This document shows, piece after piece, positions 21,729 to 33,849 of a stretch of 64,000 bases of DNA (the first letter of the stretch is position 1; each line of letters starts with the position of its first letter). The DNA lies in the NCBI RefSeq assembly GCF_016026235.1, contig NZ_CP065613.1. One strand, given 5' to 3'. This DNA comes from Escherichia coli (GTDB lineage Bacteria > Pseudomonadota > Gammaproteobacteria > Enterobacterales > Enterobacteriaceae). Under the pieces are notes generated by a model. It ran no database searches, had not been told where the DNA came from, and saw only the letters and a program-made list of their open reading frames with translations. A program made the translations under genes and the position numbers.

Positions 21729-22628
21729 ATGAAGCGTGAAGAGATCGCTGATCTGATGGCGTTTGTCGTCGTTGCAGAGGAGCGTAGCTTCACTCGCGCA
21801 GCAGCCCGCCTGAGCATGGCGCAGTCAGCTTTAAGCCAGATAGTGCGCCGTATAGAAGAACGATTGGGATTGCGGCTTCTGACGCGAACCACGCGCAGTG
21901 TTGTACCCACTGAAGCGGGCGAGCATCTTTTGTCTGTTCTTGGCCCTATGCTGCATGACATAGATTCTGCCCTGGCATCCCTGAGCGATCTGCAGAACCG
22001 CCCATCCGGGACAATACGTATTACTACTGTAGAACATGCAGCAAAAACGATATTGTTACCAGCCATGCGCACATTCCTGAAATCACACCCTGAAATTGAT
22101 ATTCAGCTTATCATTGATTATGGTTTGACTGATGTCGTTTCTGAACGTTTTGATGCAGGCGTCCGTCTGGGTGGGGAGATGGATAAAGATATGATCGCCA
22201 TTCGAATCGGGCCAGATATACCAATGGCTATTGTTGGCTCACCGGATTATTTTTCTCGCCGAAGTGTTCCAACGTCAGTGTCACAATTAATAGATCATCA
22301 GGCAATTAATTTGTATCTTCCCACATCGGGTACAGCAAATCGCTGGAGATTAATACGCGGTGGACGTGAAGTTCGTGTTCGCATGGAAGGTCAGCTTTTA
22401 CTGAATACGATAGACCTGATCATTGATGCTGCAATTGATGGGCATGGATTGGCGTATCTACCTTATGATCAGGTTGAGCGGGCTATTAAAGAAAAAAAAC
22501 TGATACGTGTTTTGGATAAATTCACACCAGATTTACCCGGTTATCACCTGTACTATCCACACCGTCGACATGCTGGCTCGGCATTCTCATTATTTATAGA
22601 TAGGCTGAAGTATAAAGGTGCTGTTTAG
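21729..22628 (+). CDS. pgrR: LysR-family transcriptional regulator
   Basis: 299-aa ORF; N-terminal HTH LMAFVVVAEERSFTRAAARLSMAQSALSQ. Confidence 0.85.
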   Translation: MKREEIADLMAFVVVAEERSFTRAAARLSMAQSALSQIVRRIEERLGLRLLTRTTRSVVPTEAGEHLLSVLGPMLHDIDSALASLSDLQNRPSGTIRITTVEHAAKTILLPAMRTFLKSHPEIDIQLIIDYGLTDVVSERFDAGVRLGGEMDKDMIAIRIGPDIPMAIVGSPDYFSRRSVPTSVSQLIDHQAINLYLPTSGTANRWRLIRGGREVRVRMEGQLLLNTIDLIIDAAIDGHGLAYLPYDQVERAIKEKKLIRVLDKFTPDLPGYHLYYPHRRHAGSAFSLFIDRLKYKGAV

Positions 22629-23203
22629 CACTACTTGCTGATACATTAATTTAATTCTTCTCTTAACGTATTCTCAGTTCCTTTCAACGTTTTGGTTATT
22701 TTTTATTCTTCGTACAATGGCGACAGATGCTGATTATGATACCGAAAACTGGTTTGAACGTGTGAAGCCCGAACGTAGTGTTCGGTGTTCTATGTGCTTT
22801 GCCGCATTTTGGCGTCTATTATTTACACTAAATCTGATTTAATATATTGATACATAAAACATTTTATGTTTCCTGTGTCACTTTTTTGATGGAAGTTGTT
22901 TGCATTTCTTTAAGGCGAAACAAATAATTACGCATCAATTTTAATGTCGGTTAGAGGGAAACTTATGAAGCACTCTGTTTCAGTCACGTGTTGTGCGCTG
23001 TTGGTCAGCAGCATTTCTCTTTCGTATGCTGCAGAAGTTCCGAGCGGCACAGTACTGGCAGAGAAGCAGGAGCTGGTGCGCCACATTAAAGATGAGCCTG
23101 CGTCGCTGGATCCCGCTAAAGCCGTGGGCCTGCCAGAGATTCAGGTCATTCGCGATCTGTTTGAAGGACTGGTGAATCAGAACGAGAAAGGGGAGATTGT
23201 CCC

Positions 23204-24496
23204 CTGAGGAATCCCCAGAAAACAAGACAGGCATAGTGAGATGTGATCTAATTGATTGTGCTAACAATTTCAAGGAGATCACCACTATGCCTGCACGTTC
23301 ATTATGCCAAAATTTCCTTAACAATATACTGGCCCCTTTGCATCTTTACCGTCAAAAATCACTGATTGACGCAACTAATGCTGTAATAAATGGCGCTTCC
23401 CTCACACTTACCAGTATCGGGCGTCATTTAACCGGTACGGCATCAGTTAAAAACAAAATAAAGCGGGTGGATCGACTGTTGGGGAATCGACATTTGCAAA
23501 ATGAGGTTTCCACCATTTTTCAGCGAATTACCCAAAAGATTACGCGGGGAATGTCTCGTGTTGTGATACTCATTGACTGGAGTGCTTATCATGCCTCTCG
23601 TTTTCAGCTTTTGCGGGCAAGCCTGGCATGTGACGGGCGTTCTTTACCGTTGATGAGTTGTGTCGTTCCATCATCACAGACAGCGAATGCAGATGTACAT
23701 GAGCGTTTTCTGGAATCGCTTGCTGAGTGCTTTTCCCCGGGACTGATGTCATTGTTATTACAGATGCCGGTTTTCAGGGGCGATGGTTCCAACAGCTCCG
23801 CTCCCGTGGCTGGACCTATATTTGCCGGGTACTGGGCAATCATTATTACAATGTTGGTAATGGCTGGGAAAAGGTGTCGGACTCAGGCACAAAAGCATCA
23901 ACGACAGCAATTTATTTAGGTGAAGGCCTGCTGGGTCGAGATAAAAATGCACAACATGAAGGGCATTTTTATCTTTATAAAAGTAAGCCTAAAGGTCGTA
24001 GATTTAAACGCTCGAAGGAAAGAGCAACCAGACCATCGGTGACGGCTAAAGCTCGTACTGCCGGGAAATCACCATGGTTTATTTTCACAAACAGTACTGA
24101 GTTCTCGCCAAAACAGGTAATGAAATTATACAGCCGTAGAATGCAAATTGAGCAAAATTTCAGGGATGAAAAAAATCCTCGCTGGGGATTTGGACTACGG
24201 TTTGGTGCCAGTCATTCATCCGGGCGGGTCACGGTATTGAGTCTGATCGCAACATTAGCCAGTATCATTATGTGGTTAAGCGGTTTCAGCCTGGAAAACA
24301 AAGGGATACATCATAAATATCAGGCAAATACAGTGAAGCACAGGCGAGTCATCTCGTTATTAAAACTGGCGGAGAATGTGATTCGACATTCTCCACTCAT
24401 ACTAAACACACTGTCACTTGACGCAGGGCTGAAAGTTCTACAGCAACGGTATACCAATATGATAATGGTTTACTAAATTTTCTGGGGATCCCTCAG
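23204..24496 (+). mobile_element. IS4-family (IS10-like) insertion sequence, copy 1
   Basis: Terminal inverted repeats CTGAGGAATCCCCAGAAAA / TTTTCTGGGGATCCCTCAG; 10-bp direct repeat AGATTGTCCC on both flanks. Confidence 0.85.
23287..24476 (+). pseudogene. IS10-like transposase, frameshifted in copy 1
   Basis: One C missing from the C5 run near 23747 relative to copies 2 and 3; ORF splits into 23197-23919 and 23727-24476. Confidence 0.8.
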
Positions 24497-25931
24497 AGAT
24501 TGTCCCCGGCGTTGCGACTCAGTGGAAAAGTAATGACAACCGTATCTGGACTTTTACCCTGCGCGATAACGCAAAATGGGCGGATGGCACACCGGTAACG
24601 GCGCAAGATTTTGTCTACAGCTGGCAACGTCTGGTGGACCCGAAAACGCTATCGCCATTTGCATGGTTTGCCGCGCTGGCGGGAATCAACAACGCACAGG
24701 CGATTATTGATGGTAAAGCTACGCCAGACCAGCTTGGCGTCACCGCAGTTGATGCCCATACTTTGAAAATTCAGCTTGATAAACCGTTGCCGTGGTTTGT
24801 GAATTTAACCGCTAACTTTGCCTTCTTCCCGGTGCAAAAAGCCAACGTAGAAAGCGGTAAAGAGTGGACGAAACCCGGAAATCTGATCGGCAATGGCGCT
24901 TATGTTCTTAAAGATCGCGTAGTCAATGAAAAACTGGTCGTGGTACCGAATACCCATTATTGGGATAACGCCAAAACGGTGCTGCAAAAAGTGACTTTCC
25001 TGCCAATTAATCAGGAATCCGCAGCCACTAAGCGTTACCTCGCGGGGGATATTGATATCACCGAATCCTTCCCGAAAAATATGTATCAGAAGCTGTTGAA
25101 GGATATTCCGGGGCAGGTTTATACGCCGCCGCAGCTCGGGACCTATTATTATGCGTTTAACACGCAAAAAGGGCCGACGGCAGATCAGCGCGTTCGCCTG
25201 GCATTAAGTATGACGATAGATCGCCGCCTGATGACCGAAAAAGTGTTGGGAACGGGCGAAAAGCCAGCGTGGCATTTTACACCAGATGTTACCGCCGGAT
25301 TTACGCCGGAACCTTCGCCGTTTGAACAAATGAGTCAGGAAGAACTGAATGCGCAGGCAAAAACTTTGTTGAGCGCAGCTGGTTATGGTCCGCAAAAACC
25401 GCTGAAGCTGACGCTTTTGTATAACACTTCAGAAAACCATCAAAAAATTGCGATTGCTGTAGCATCGATGTGGAAAAAGAACCTTGGCGTAGATGTTAAA
25501 TTGCAAAATCAGGAATGGAAAACCTATATCGATAGCCGTAACACCGGCAATTTTGATGTTATCCGCGCCTCGTGGGTGGGGGATTATAATGAACCCTCCA
25601 CTTTCCTGACATTATTAACGTCAACGCATTCAGGAAATATTTCACGCTTTAACAATCCGGCATACGACAAAGTTCTGGCCCAGGCATCGACGGAAAATAC
25701 CGTTAAAGCGCGTAATGCCGATTACAACGCGGCAGAAAAAATCCTCATGGAGCAAGCACTGATTGCACCAATTTATCAATATACCAATGGACGATTAATC
25801 AAGCCGTGGCTGAAAGGTTATCCCATTAATAACCCGGAAGATGTGGCGTACAGCCGGACTATGTATATTGTGAAGCATTGATGTGATGGGAACTGGCGTT
25901 ACCCTTGTGGATAACGCCAGTGATGTCTGAT

Positions 25932-26963
25932 TTAGCGCCCCTGTTCCGGCGGTGTAATGTTATCCATATACAGCGTCTGGCTGGGGAAGGCAAAGTCCGC
26001 GCCGTGTGACTGCACAATATCGATAATCTTCAAATAAACGTCTTGCTGTGCAGCAAGCCATTCAGCCCATACCGTGGTTTTGGTAAAGCAATAAACCATA
26101 ATATTCAATGACGAGTCGGCAAACTGGTTGAAATAAACCAGTAAGGTTTGTCGCTGGTCGATGGCCGGGTGATTTTTCAGCATCTCACGTACGGCTTCGA
26201 CAATAACGCCCACTTTTGCCGCATCCTCATAACGTAAACCAATGGTCGTGGTAATGCGGCGGTTGGTCATTCGTCCTGGGTTTTCTACGCTGATCGACGA
26301 AAACAGCGAGTTCGGTACGTACAATGGACGATTATCAAAGGTCGTAATTTTGGTAATTCGCCAGCCAATTTCCGCTACTGTACCTTCGATATTTCTGTCC
26401 GGTGAACGGATCCAGTCGCCAATACTGAAAGGACGGTCGAAATAGAGCATGATCCCGGAAAAGAAATTGCTCAGAATATCTTTACCGGCCATACCGACAG
26501 CCAGACCACCAATACCACCAAAGGTCAGCAAGCCAGAAAGGCTCATGCCGAAATGTTCGCCATAAAGCAGAACAAGCACCACAATAATGGTGATTTTGAT
26601 AATGCGCGACATAATCCGCGCACTGGTGATATCGCGACCTTTTTTAATCTGCTGTTTTTCAAACTGATTAATCAGCAAAAATAGCTTAATCGTCAGAATA
26701 ACCGCAATCAGGGACGTACAGATAAAATCGATAACGCCTGGGGTGATAAATTTGAGTTTATAGTTTTCTATAACATAATTAATAATGCTACCAACAGCAC
26801 TGATAATTATGGTGTAGATTAAAAATTGCACCGCATGGAATAAAAAACCTTTTCTTTTACGATTTCCGCGGCGAAACCAAAAGCTCATCAGAATCAATGC
26901 TGCGCAGCTACCGAAAATAATGACCAGATTAAGCGCATTATTTGTAAACAGTTCAGCGATCAT
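25932..26963 (-). CDS. ynaI: small-conductance mechanosensitive channel (MscS family)
   Basis: 343-aa membrane protein ORF; synteny after mppA. Confidence 0.9.
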
Positions 26964-27206
26964 TGTTTTATCAGGCTCCTCCAGATAATTGTCGTCATGC
27001 CGGAAACCCCTGGCGGGGCTATTTTACCGCGACAATTCATTCAGATCATCAATAGTCAGGGAAGGAAGTAGCAACATTAGCTAACTAATCAATGCGTTGA
27101 TTGTAAATCCAGCTAAGAGGTGAGGTTTTCAGAGCAGACAACGGTGAAATGTCATGGTATTGTTACGTTTAGGTAACAAGAAATTTGTCTGCACAAGGAT
27201 TACATC

Positions 27207-27464
27207 ATGATTATGGCGAAACTGAAGTCAGCGAAAGGGAAGAAATTTCTCTTTGGTTTGTTGGCGGTTTTCATTATTGCGGCGTCGGTTGTGACTCGCG
27301 CGACTATCGGCGGCGTTATAGAACAGTACAATATTCCGCTGTCTGAGTGGACGACATCAATGTATGTGATTCAGTCATCGATGATTTTTGTTTATAGCCT
27401 GGTTTTTACTGTGTTGCTGGCAATCCCGTTAGGAATTTATTTCCTTGGTGGCGAAGAGCAGTAA
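27207..27464 (+). CDS. ynaJ: small inner membrane protein
   Basis: 85-aa ORF with two hydrophobic segments; synteny. Confidence 0.85.
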   Translation: MIMAKLKSAKGKKFLFGLLAVFIIAASVVTRATIGGVIEQYNIPLSEWTTSMYVIQSSMIFVYSLVFTVLLAIPLGIYFLGGEEQ

Positions 27465-27469
27465 GTAAA

Positions 27470-27500
27470 AAATAGGCCCGATAACTCGGGCCTTGTCAGT
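27470..27500. terminator. hairpin terminator between ynaJ and uspE
   Basis: aggcccgataactcgggcct stem-loop between convergent genes. Confidence 0.5.
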
Positions 27501-27513
27501 TATTGAAGAGTCG

Positions 27514-28464
27514 TTAATCGTCTTCTTCGTCATCCAGCTCAACGGGTGTCTGATACTGGTCAGGTTTAATGACCAGCAGGTCGCAGCGAAGATGATCAAT
27601 CACCTGTTCCGCCGTGTTGCCGAGGAATGCTGCTGAAATACCGGTACGTCCTACCGTGCCCAGAACCACAATCCCCGCCTGTAAGTGCTCCGCCAAATCA
27701 GGAATCACCTCTTCTGGCAGACCTTTTTCTACGTGCGTCATGTTTTCATTAATGCCGAATTTCTGCCGCAGAGCTTTCATTGCCAGCAAATGTTGCCCAC
27801 GAATGGCATCGTTATAAACGCTCGGATCAAATTCCGGCAGTTCAATCGCGATATTAATTGGCGTTACTGGGTAAGCGCCAACCAGATGAACTTCGGTATG
27901 GTTGACTTGTTCTGCCAGTTCGATCGTCTCTTTGACCAGTTTTTCATTGAGCGCATTATGATACGGCTCTTCACTGGCGAGATTCACCGCCACCAGCGCC
28001 TTACCTCCTTCCGGCCACGGCTGGTCTTTCACCATCCACACCGGGCTTGGGCATTTGCGTAACAGATGCCAGTCCGTTGGCGTAAAAATCACCGCTTCCA
28101 GACGGTCATGTTGGTGCGCCATTTTTAGCACCAAATCGTGCCCGCCGCTGATCACTTCCTGAATGATGGCTTCGAAAGGACGGTTATGCCAGACCACTTT
28201 AATTTCAATGGGAACGCCAGCATTGAGATAATATTTTGCCTGCTCGTGGATCCAGGCTGTACGCTGGCTGATGACGCCCTGACGCATAGCCGTACGTTCG
28301 TCCGGGGAGAGCAGGGTGGTCATTTCGTATGAGAAGTCATAGATCGGCAAAAAGGCTTTAATTTTGCCACCAATCCGTTGATGTAAATAAACAGCTCGCC
28401 GCAATGCTGGTTGGTCGTCCTGGTTAGGATCGATAACAACGAGCATGTTCTGATACATAGCCAT
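27514..28464 (-). CDS. uspE: tandem-domain universal stress protein E
   Basis: Start at [15 protein letters not shown] within longer ORF; two Usp domains. Confidence 0.9.
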   Translation of the reverse strand: MAMYQNMLVVIDPNQDDQPALRRAVYLHQRIGGKIKAFLPIYDFSYEMTTLLSPDERTAMRQGVISQRTAWIHEQAKYYLNAGVPIEIKVVWHNRPFEAIIQEVISGGHDLVLKMAHQHDRLEAVIFTPTDWHLLRKCPSPVWMVKDQPWPEGGKALVAVNLASEEPYHNALNEKLVKETIELAEQVNHTEVHLVGAYPVTPINIAIELPEFDPSVYNDAIRGQHLLAMKALRQKFGINENMTHVEKGLPEEVIPDLAEHLQAGIVVLGTVGRTGISAAFLGNTAEQVIDHLRCDLLVIKPDQYQTPVELDDEEDD

Positions 28465-28615
28465 ACAGGGTCTCCTTACAACAACTGTCAACGCAGTTTG
28501 TAATTAAAAGATTAACCCATATCTGGTGAATGAAACAGTGATGAACCTTCTGCCAGATCAATAAATCAGAAAAATTTAATGATATGACAGAAGGATAGTG
28601 AGTTATGCGGAAAAA

Positions 28616-29368
28616 TCAGGCAACGTTACGCGTATGACCAGCAAGCTGGGCCAGCGCATCGTTATTTTCGATGGTGATGTATTTACCTTTGACTGCCAGC
28701 ATACCGCTTTTCTGGAAGCGACCTAGCAGACGGCTGATGGTTTCTACCGTCAGGCCCAGATAGTTACCGATATCGCCACGAGTCATCGTCAGGCGGAATT
28801 CACGAGGGGAGAAGCCGCGTTGGGCAAAACGACGGGACAGGTTGTAGATGAATGCAGCCAGACGTTCCTCGGCATTTTTCTTCGACAACAGCAAGATCAT
28901 GTCCTGATCGCCTTTGATTTCACCGCTCATCAGACGCATCATCTGCTGACGCAGATTCGGCATTTTACCGGACAAATCGTCCAGCGTTTCGAACGGGATT
29001 TCACATACCATCGAGGTTTCCAGCGCCTGAGCGAAGCTCGGGTGATGGCCGCTGCCGATGGCGTCAAATCCCACCAGGTCGCCAGCTAAATGGAAACCAG
29101 TGATTTGCTCGTCGCCTTGCTCAGTGATGGTATAACTTTTAATCGTACCGGAGCGGATGGCATAAAGCGATTTAAGTTCATCACCAGCCTTAAACAGCGT
29201 CTGGCCTTTCTGAATAGGCTTCTTCCGCTCAATGATATTATCAAGCTGATCAAGCTCATGTTCGTTGAGTGTGAACGGGATGCAAAGCTGGCTGATGCTG
29301 CAATCCTGGCAATGGATAGCACAACCGCCAGACTGAATGCGCCGTATAATTCGCTTTTCCGGGATCAT
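28616..29368 (-). CDS. fnr: fumarate/nitrate reduction regulator FNR
   Basis: Start at [23 protein letters not shown]; N-terminal Cys cluster and CRP-family HTH. Confidence 0.95.
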
Positions 29369-29562
29369 AGGTCTGCTCAAGCCGTAATTGATATTTGTCA
29401 ATTTTAACATCTTTTTAGGGAGCAAGTAAGTCTAAGCAAACCTTAACAGCAGAGAATTCCGATATTAGATGTAAATATATGTCTATCTATTTGAAAACCC
29501 TTAAGTTGTTAAGGGTAACTTTACATAAAAGTGTGAACAAGCTGGCACAAATTGTTTAATGT

Positions 29563-30078
29563 TTACAGCAAAAGATAACCTTCGTGGCGCAATAACCACT
29601 CTTTTCGCTGAACTCCGCCTGCATATCCGGTCATGGTGCCGTTTCGGCCAATAACCCGATGGCAAGGTACGACGATGCTGATGGGATTCGATCCGTTTGC
29701 CGCACCAACGGCACGCGCCGCGCCAGGGCGGCCCAATTGTTCAGCCAGTTGGCCGTAATGCATTACCTGCCCGCAGGGGATAGTGCGTAGAGTTTTCCAG
29801 ACTTCGCGCTGAAATGGCGTCCCCCCTGTGGCAGTGGGAAGCGTATCAATAATGCTAAGATTACCGGCAAAATAATCACGAAGCTTGTCGCTTAAACCGC
29901 CTGGGTTGGTGGCAGAAATGCGCTCATAGCCTTCTTTGCGATAATGGATGTCCAGCAGCTGCACCATGCGTTCGCTGTACTCTTCCCATTCAACCGCCCG
30001 CAGGCGAAATTGCTCATCGCAAATCACCCACAGTGGACCCAGTGGCGTGGCAATTTTTTCTTCAAGTAATCTCAGCAT
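29563..30078 (-). CDS. ogt: O6-methylguanine-DNA methyltransferase
   Basis: 171-aa ORF with active-site motif VPCHRVIG. Confidence 0.95.
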   Translation of the reverse strand: MLRLLEEKIATPLGPLWVICDEQFRLRAVEWEEYSERMVQLLDIHYRKEGYERISATNPGGLSDKLRDYFAGNLSIIDTLPTATGGTPFQREVWKTLRTIPCGQVMHYGQLAEQLGRPGAARAVGAANGSNPISIVVPCHRVIGRNGTMTGYAGGVQRKEWLLRHEGYLLL

Positions 30079-30112
30079 CCGTTCTCTCTTAAGACAAACG
30101 TGGGTAAATCCC

Positions 30113-31406
30113 CTGAGGAATCCCCAGAAAACAAGACAGGCATAGTGAGATGTGATCTAATTGATTGTGCTAACAATTTCAAGGAGATCACCACTATGCC
30201 TGCACGTTCATTATGCCAAAATTTCCTTAACAACATACTGGCCCCTTTGCATCTTTACCGTCAAAAATCACTGATTGACGCAACTAATGCTGTAATAAAT
30301 GGCGCTTCCCTCACACTTACCAGTATCGGGCGTCATTTAACCGGTACGGCATCAGTTAAAAACAAAATAAAGCGGGTGGATCGACTGTTGGGGAATCGAC
30401 ATTTGCAAAATGAGGTTTCCACCATTTTTCAGCGAATTACCCAAAAGATTACGCGGGGAATGTCTCGTGTTGTGATACTCATTGACTGGAGTGCTTATCA
30501 TGCCTCTCGTTTTCAGCTTTTGCGGGCAAGCCTGGCATGTGACGGGCGTTCTTTACCGTTGATGAGTTGTGTCGTTCCATCATCACAGACAGCGAATGCA
30601 GATGTACATGAGCGTTTTCTGGAATCGCTTGCTGAGTGCTTTTCCCCCGGGACTGATGTCATTGTTATTACAGATGCCGGTTTTCAGGGGCGATGGTTCC
30701 AACAGCTCCGCTCCCGTGGCTGGACCTATATTTGCCGGGTACTGGGCAATCATTATTACAATGTTGGTAATGGCTGGGAAAAGGTGTCGGACTCAGGCAC
30801 AAAAGCATCAACGACAGCAATTTATTTAGGTGAAGGCCTGCTGGGTCGAGATAAAAATGCACAACATGAAGGGCATTTTTATCTTTATAAAAGTAAGCCT
30901 AAAGGTCGTAGATTTAAACGCTCGAAGGAAAGAGCAACCAGACCATCGGTGACGGCTAAAGCTCGTACTGCCGGGAAATCACCATGGTTTATTTTCACAA
31001 ACAGTACTGAGTTCTCGCCAAAACAGGTAATGAAATTATACAGCCGTAGAATGCAAATTGAGCAAAATTTCAGGGATGAAAAAAATCCTCGCTGGGGATT
31101 TGGACTACGGTTTGGTGCCAGTCATTCATCCGGGCGGGTCACGGTATTGAGTCTGATCGCAACATTAGCCAGTATCATTATGTGGTTAAGCGGTTTCAGC
31201 CTGGAAAACAAAGGGATACATCATAAATATCAGGCAAATACAGTGAAGCACAGGCGAGTCATCTCGTTATTAAAACTGGCGGAGAATGTGATTCGACATT
31301 CTCCACTCATACTAAACACACTGTCACTTGACGCAGGGCTGAAAGTTCTACAGCAACGGTATACCAATATGATAATGGTTTACTAAATTTTCTGGGGATC
31401 CCTCAG
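30113..31406 (+). mobile_element. IS4-family (IS10-like) insertion sequence, copy 2
   Basis: Same terminal inverted repeats; 10-bp direct repeat GGTAAATCCC on both flanks; 1294 bp. Confidence 0.85.
30196..31386 (+). CDS. IS10-like transposase (IS4 family), intact
   Basis: 396 aa from MPARSL; NKIKRVDRLLGNRHL and IEQNFRDEKNPRWGFGLR regions resemble the IS10 transposase. Confidence 0.85.
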   Translation: MPARSLCQNFLNNILAPLHLYRQKSLIDATNAVINGASLTLTSIGRHLTGTASVKNKIKRVDRLLGNRHLQNEVSTIFQRITQKITRGMSRVVILIDWSAYHASRFQLLRASLACDGRSLPLMSCVVPSSQTANADVHERFLESLAECFSPGTDVIVITDAGFQGRWFQQLRSRGWTYICRVLGNHYYNVGNGWEKVSDSGTKASTTAIYLGEGLLGRDKNAQHEGHFYLYKSKPKGRRFKRSKERATRPSVTAKARTAGKSPWFIFTNSTEFSPKQVMKLYSRRMQIEQNFRDEKNPRWGFGLRFGASHSSGRVTVLSLIATLASIIMWLSGFSLENKGIHHKYQANTVKHRRVISLLKLAENVIRHSPLILNTLSLDAGLKVLQQRYTNMIMVY

Positions 31407-31545
31407 GGTAAATCCCCGGACCTATCGGCAGACCAACAAGATACCACGCCAGCAACATCAGCAGCCATACCACCAAAAAGATAAGCGGATAGGGCAAGAC
31501 TAACGAATAGTAAGTACCCAGTTTCGCGTCTGGTTTGTCGCAGTC
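31407..31545 (-). pseudogene. abgT: 3' remnant of aminobenzoyl-glutamate transporter gene abgT
   Basis: Hydrophobic C-terminal tail KPDAKLGTYYSLVLPYPLIFLVVWLLMLLAWYLVGLPIGPGIY; the flank before the IS completes it as GIYPRLS-stop next to ogt. Confidence 0.5.
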
Positions 31546-31923
31546 TGATAGCATAAAGCGATTTTTTGATTTTTCTGCCTGAAGAAATGAGGGCAAGCCA
31601 TCACATGGATCGAGGGTGGGATAATTCCAGTCAGTGAAATTTTACCGTAGGCTATCTGTTATTTGATTCTGTGGCGTGATAGCCGCCAGACACCACTGAA
31701 CTCGTCACTCATTCCCCAATCCCGGCGAGAATGTGGTTATTTACAGAGCTAAAAATGAATAAAAAATAGAGCCTGTCGACATCCGCCAGACTCTACAGTA
31801 CACACAGCAGTGCATCCTCGTCTTAAATCCGGCCTGGGGTCCTTGTGACCGGTGACAGTGTTATAACGGTTTTACCCATCCGTTGCCAATTTTCTTCAGT
31901 GACAGATTTCACGAAAATATAAG

Positions 31924-32724
31924 TTAAATCATTTGTCTTGTGATTGCATAATCATGCATCGTTAATCGACGAGTAAATTTACCGGGCGAGTAGCCCGTTC
32001 GACGCTTAAACATATTGCCGAACGATTCAGCTGAGGCATAGCCCAGACGATGGGCAATTTTGGTCAACGAATATCCATCATCAAGAAGCGTCACTGCAGA
32101 AATAACGTGCATTTGCTGAACCCAGTGGCGAAATGTTAATCCCGTCTCTTTAACAAATAAGCGCATGAGTGTACGGCTACTGACGTTAATTTTATCCGCT
32201 AGATTATCCAGTGTTGGCAGATACCCTTGGTTGTTTAGCAAATTCTCACAAAGCTGCTGTAGCCGCTCATCATTTGGCCAAGGGAGTTCAAGTGACATTT
32301 TCACCCCCATTTTTATTTCCTGAAGTATCAGTGTCTCGAGGGCTGAAAAACGTAACTGTTGTTTATCTGTGGTACTTTGCGACGGTGGAAGTTGGTTAAT
32401 TGCAATTAGTAATTCCCTTAACAGGGGTGAAATACCCGTCATGAAGCAAACTGTTCCCAGCGTTTCACTTTCCGCTTCTGAAACCAGTACGGTTTTTAAA
32501 AGTACGTTGCCTGTCGCAACAAACTTATGCGGCATTTGTGGGGGCAGCCAAAGCGCGCTGCTGGCATGGACTCCAGCCCATACACGAACGACTCCTTCAG
32601 CCGGGTAAAGCAACTGGGCATAGAGATGTTTATGCCAGGGAACTGTACCTCCATTCAGATGTTCCGAATCCAGTCCGATAATGTGATGCCCTGGTGATGC
32701 TTTGGGTTGCAGTATAATTGTCAT
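31924..32724 (-). CDS. AraC-family transcriptional regulator
   Basis: 266-aa ORF; C-terminal AraC HTH region LTKIAHRLGYASAESFGNMFKRRTGYSPGKF. Confidence 0.8.
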   Translation of the reverse strand: MTIILQPKASPGHHIIGLDSEHLNGGTVPWHKHLYAQLLYPAEGVVRVWAGVHASSALWLPPQMPHKFVATGNVLLKTVLVSEAESETLGTVCFMTGISPLLRELLIAINQLPPSQSTTDKQQLRFSALETLILQEIKMGVKMSLELPWPNDERLQQLCENLLNNQGYLPTLDNLADKINVSSRTLMRLFVKETGLTFRHWVQQMHVISAVTLLDDGYSLTKIAHRLGYASAESFGNMFKRRTGYSPGKFTRRLTMHDYAITRQMI

Positions 32725-32817
32725 TTACAGTAGGTATTTTGTCAGAAATCATCAAATAAGCCATGTTAAATTTTAAATATGACGTATGCAAGTTTCCGGA
32801 TATATACGGTGTAAAGA

Positions 32818-33849
32818 GTGATGATAATTTCTAAAAAACAGCTTATTGGGGTGGTAGCGATCGGTATTCTTTTGACTGGCGTTGTCTTTTTTATCTGGTG
32901 GGTAAGCAAAGGAAGATTTATACAGACGACGGATGATGCTTACATTGGTGGTAATATCACCACGGTGGCAAGTAAAGTTTCTGGTTATATTTCTGCTATA
33001 GAGGTGCGCGATAATCAGAGCGTAAAAAAAGGCGATATTATCCTGCGTCTCGATGATCGGGATTATCGTGCAAATGTCGCCAGGCTTGAGGCAAAAATAA
33101 AAAGTAGCAAAGCCAATCTCGAAGGCATTCAAGCCACTATTGCGATGCAGCAGTCGATAATTCAAAGTGCCAGTGAAACATGGCAGGCAGTAAAACATGA
33201 GGAGCAAAAGCGCCTGCGAGATACTGAACGTTATGAAAAACTCGCACAATCAGCGGCAATATCGCAACAAATTATTGATAACGCCAGGTTTGACTACCAG
33301 CAGGTCGCAGCAAAGGAGCGCAAAGCCGCGAACGATTTCCTGGTGGAGAAGCAACGGCTGGCAGTTTTATCTGCTCAGGAAGAAAACGTACGTGCGAGTA
33401 TCGAAGAAGTTCAGGCCGCTTTGACTCAGGCACTACTGGATCTGGAATATACCCTTGTGCGTGCGCCGATTGATGGCATTGTCGCAAACCGCAGCGCCCA
33501 TACAGGCAGTTGGGTGGAAGGCGGCACATCGTTAGTTTCACTAGTACCAGTCAGTGAGTTGTGGGTTGATGCAAATTATAAAGAAAACCAAATAGCGGGA
33601 ATGAAGCCAGGAATGAAGGCTGAGATCCGTGCTGATATTCTCAAAGGGGAAGTGTTTCACGGTCACATTGAAAGCCTTTCCCCAGCGACAGGAGCCAGTT
33701 TCAGCTTGATTCCGATAGAAAATGCCACTGGCAATTTCACCAAAATTGTTCAGCGTGTCCCGGTACGGATTGCATTTGACGACGCAAAGGAATTAAAGCA
33801 ACTTCTTCGCCCGGGACTGTCCGTCACCGTCAGTGTTGATGAGAGATGA
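32818..33849 (+). CDS. HlyD/EmrA-family membrane fusion protein
   Basis: 343-aa ORF with N-terminal TM segment, coiled-coil middle and beta-barrel C-terminus. Confidence 0.8.
   Translation: MMIISKKQLIGVVAIGILLTGVVFFIWWVSKGRFIQTTDDAYIGGNITTVASKVSGYISAIEVRDNQSVKKGDIILRLDDRDYRANVARLEAKIKSSKANLEGIQATIAMQQSIIQSASETWQAVKHEEQKRLRDTERYEKLAQSAAISQQIIDNARFDYQQVAAKERKAANDFLVEKQRLAVLSAQEENVRASIEEVQAALTQALLDLEYTLVRAPIDGIVANRSAHTGSWVEGGTSLVSLVPVSELWVDANYKENQIAGMKPGMKAEIRADILKGEVFHGHIESLSPATGASFSLIPIENATGNFTKIVQRVPVRIAFDDAKELKQLLRPGLSVTVSVDER

Larger units (their letters stand above)
22965..25881 (+). pseudogene. mppA: murein tripeptide-binding protein gene interrupted by an IS
   Basis: N-terminal 80 codons up to 23203 and C-terminal 415-aa ORF from 24497 are separated by the 1293-bp element. 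Confidence 0.85.

Noticed and set aside
23204-24496. Identifying the 1.29-kb element as IS186
   Set aside because: The GC-flanked targets suggested IS186, but the transposase resembles the IS10 group and the termini are IS10-like.
32773-33249. 158-aa minus-strand ORF overlapping the HlyD-family gene start
   Set aside because: Mirror-strand ORF within a supported gene and its upstream region; no RBS.
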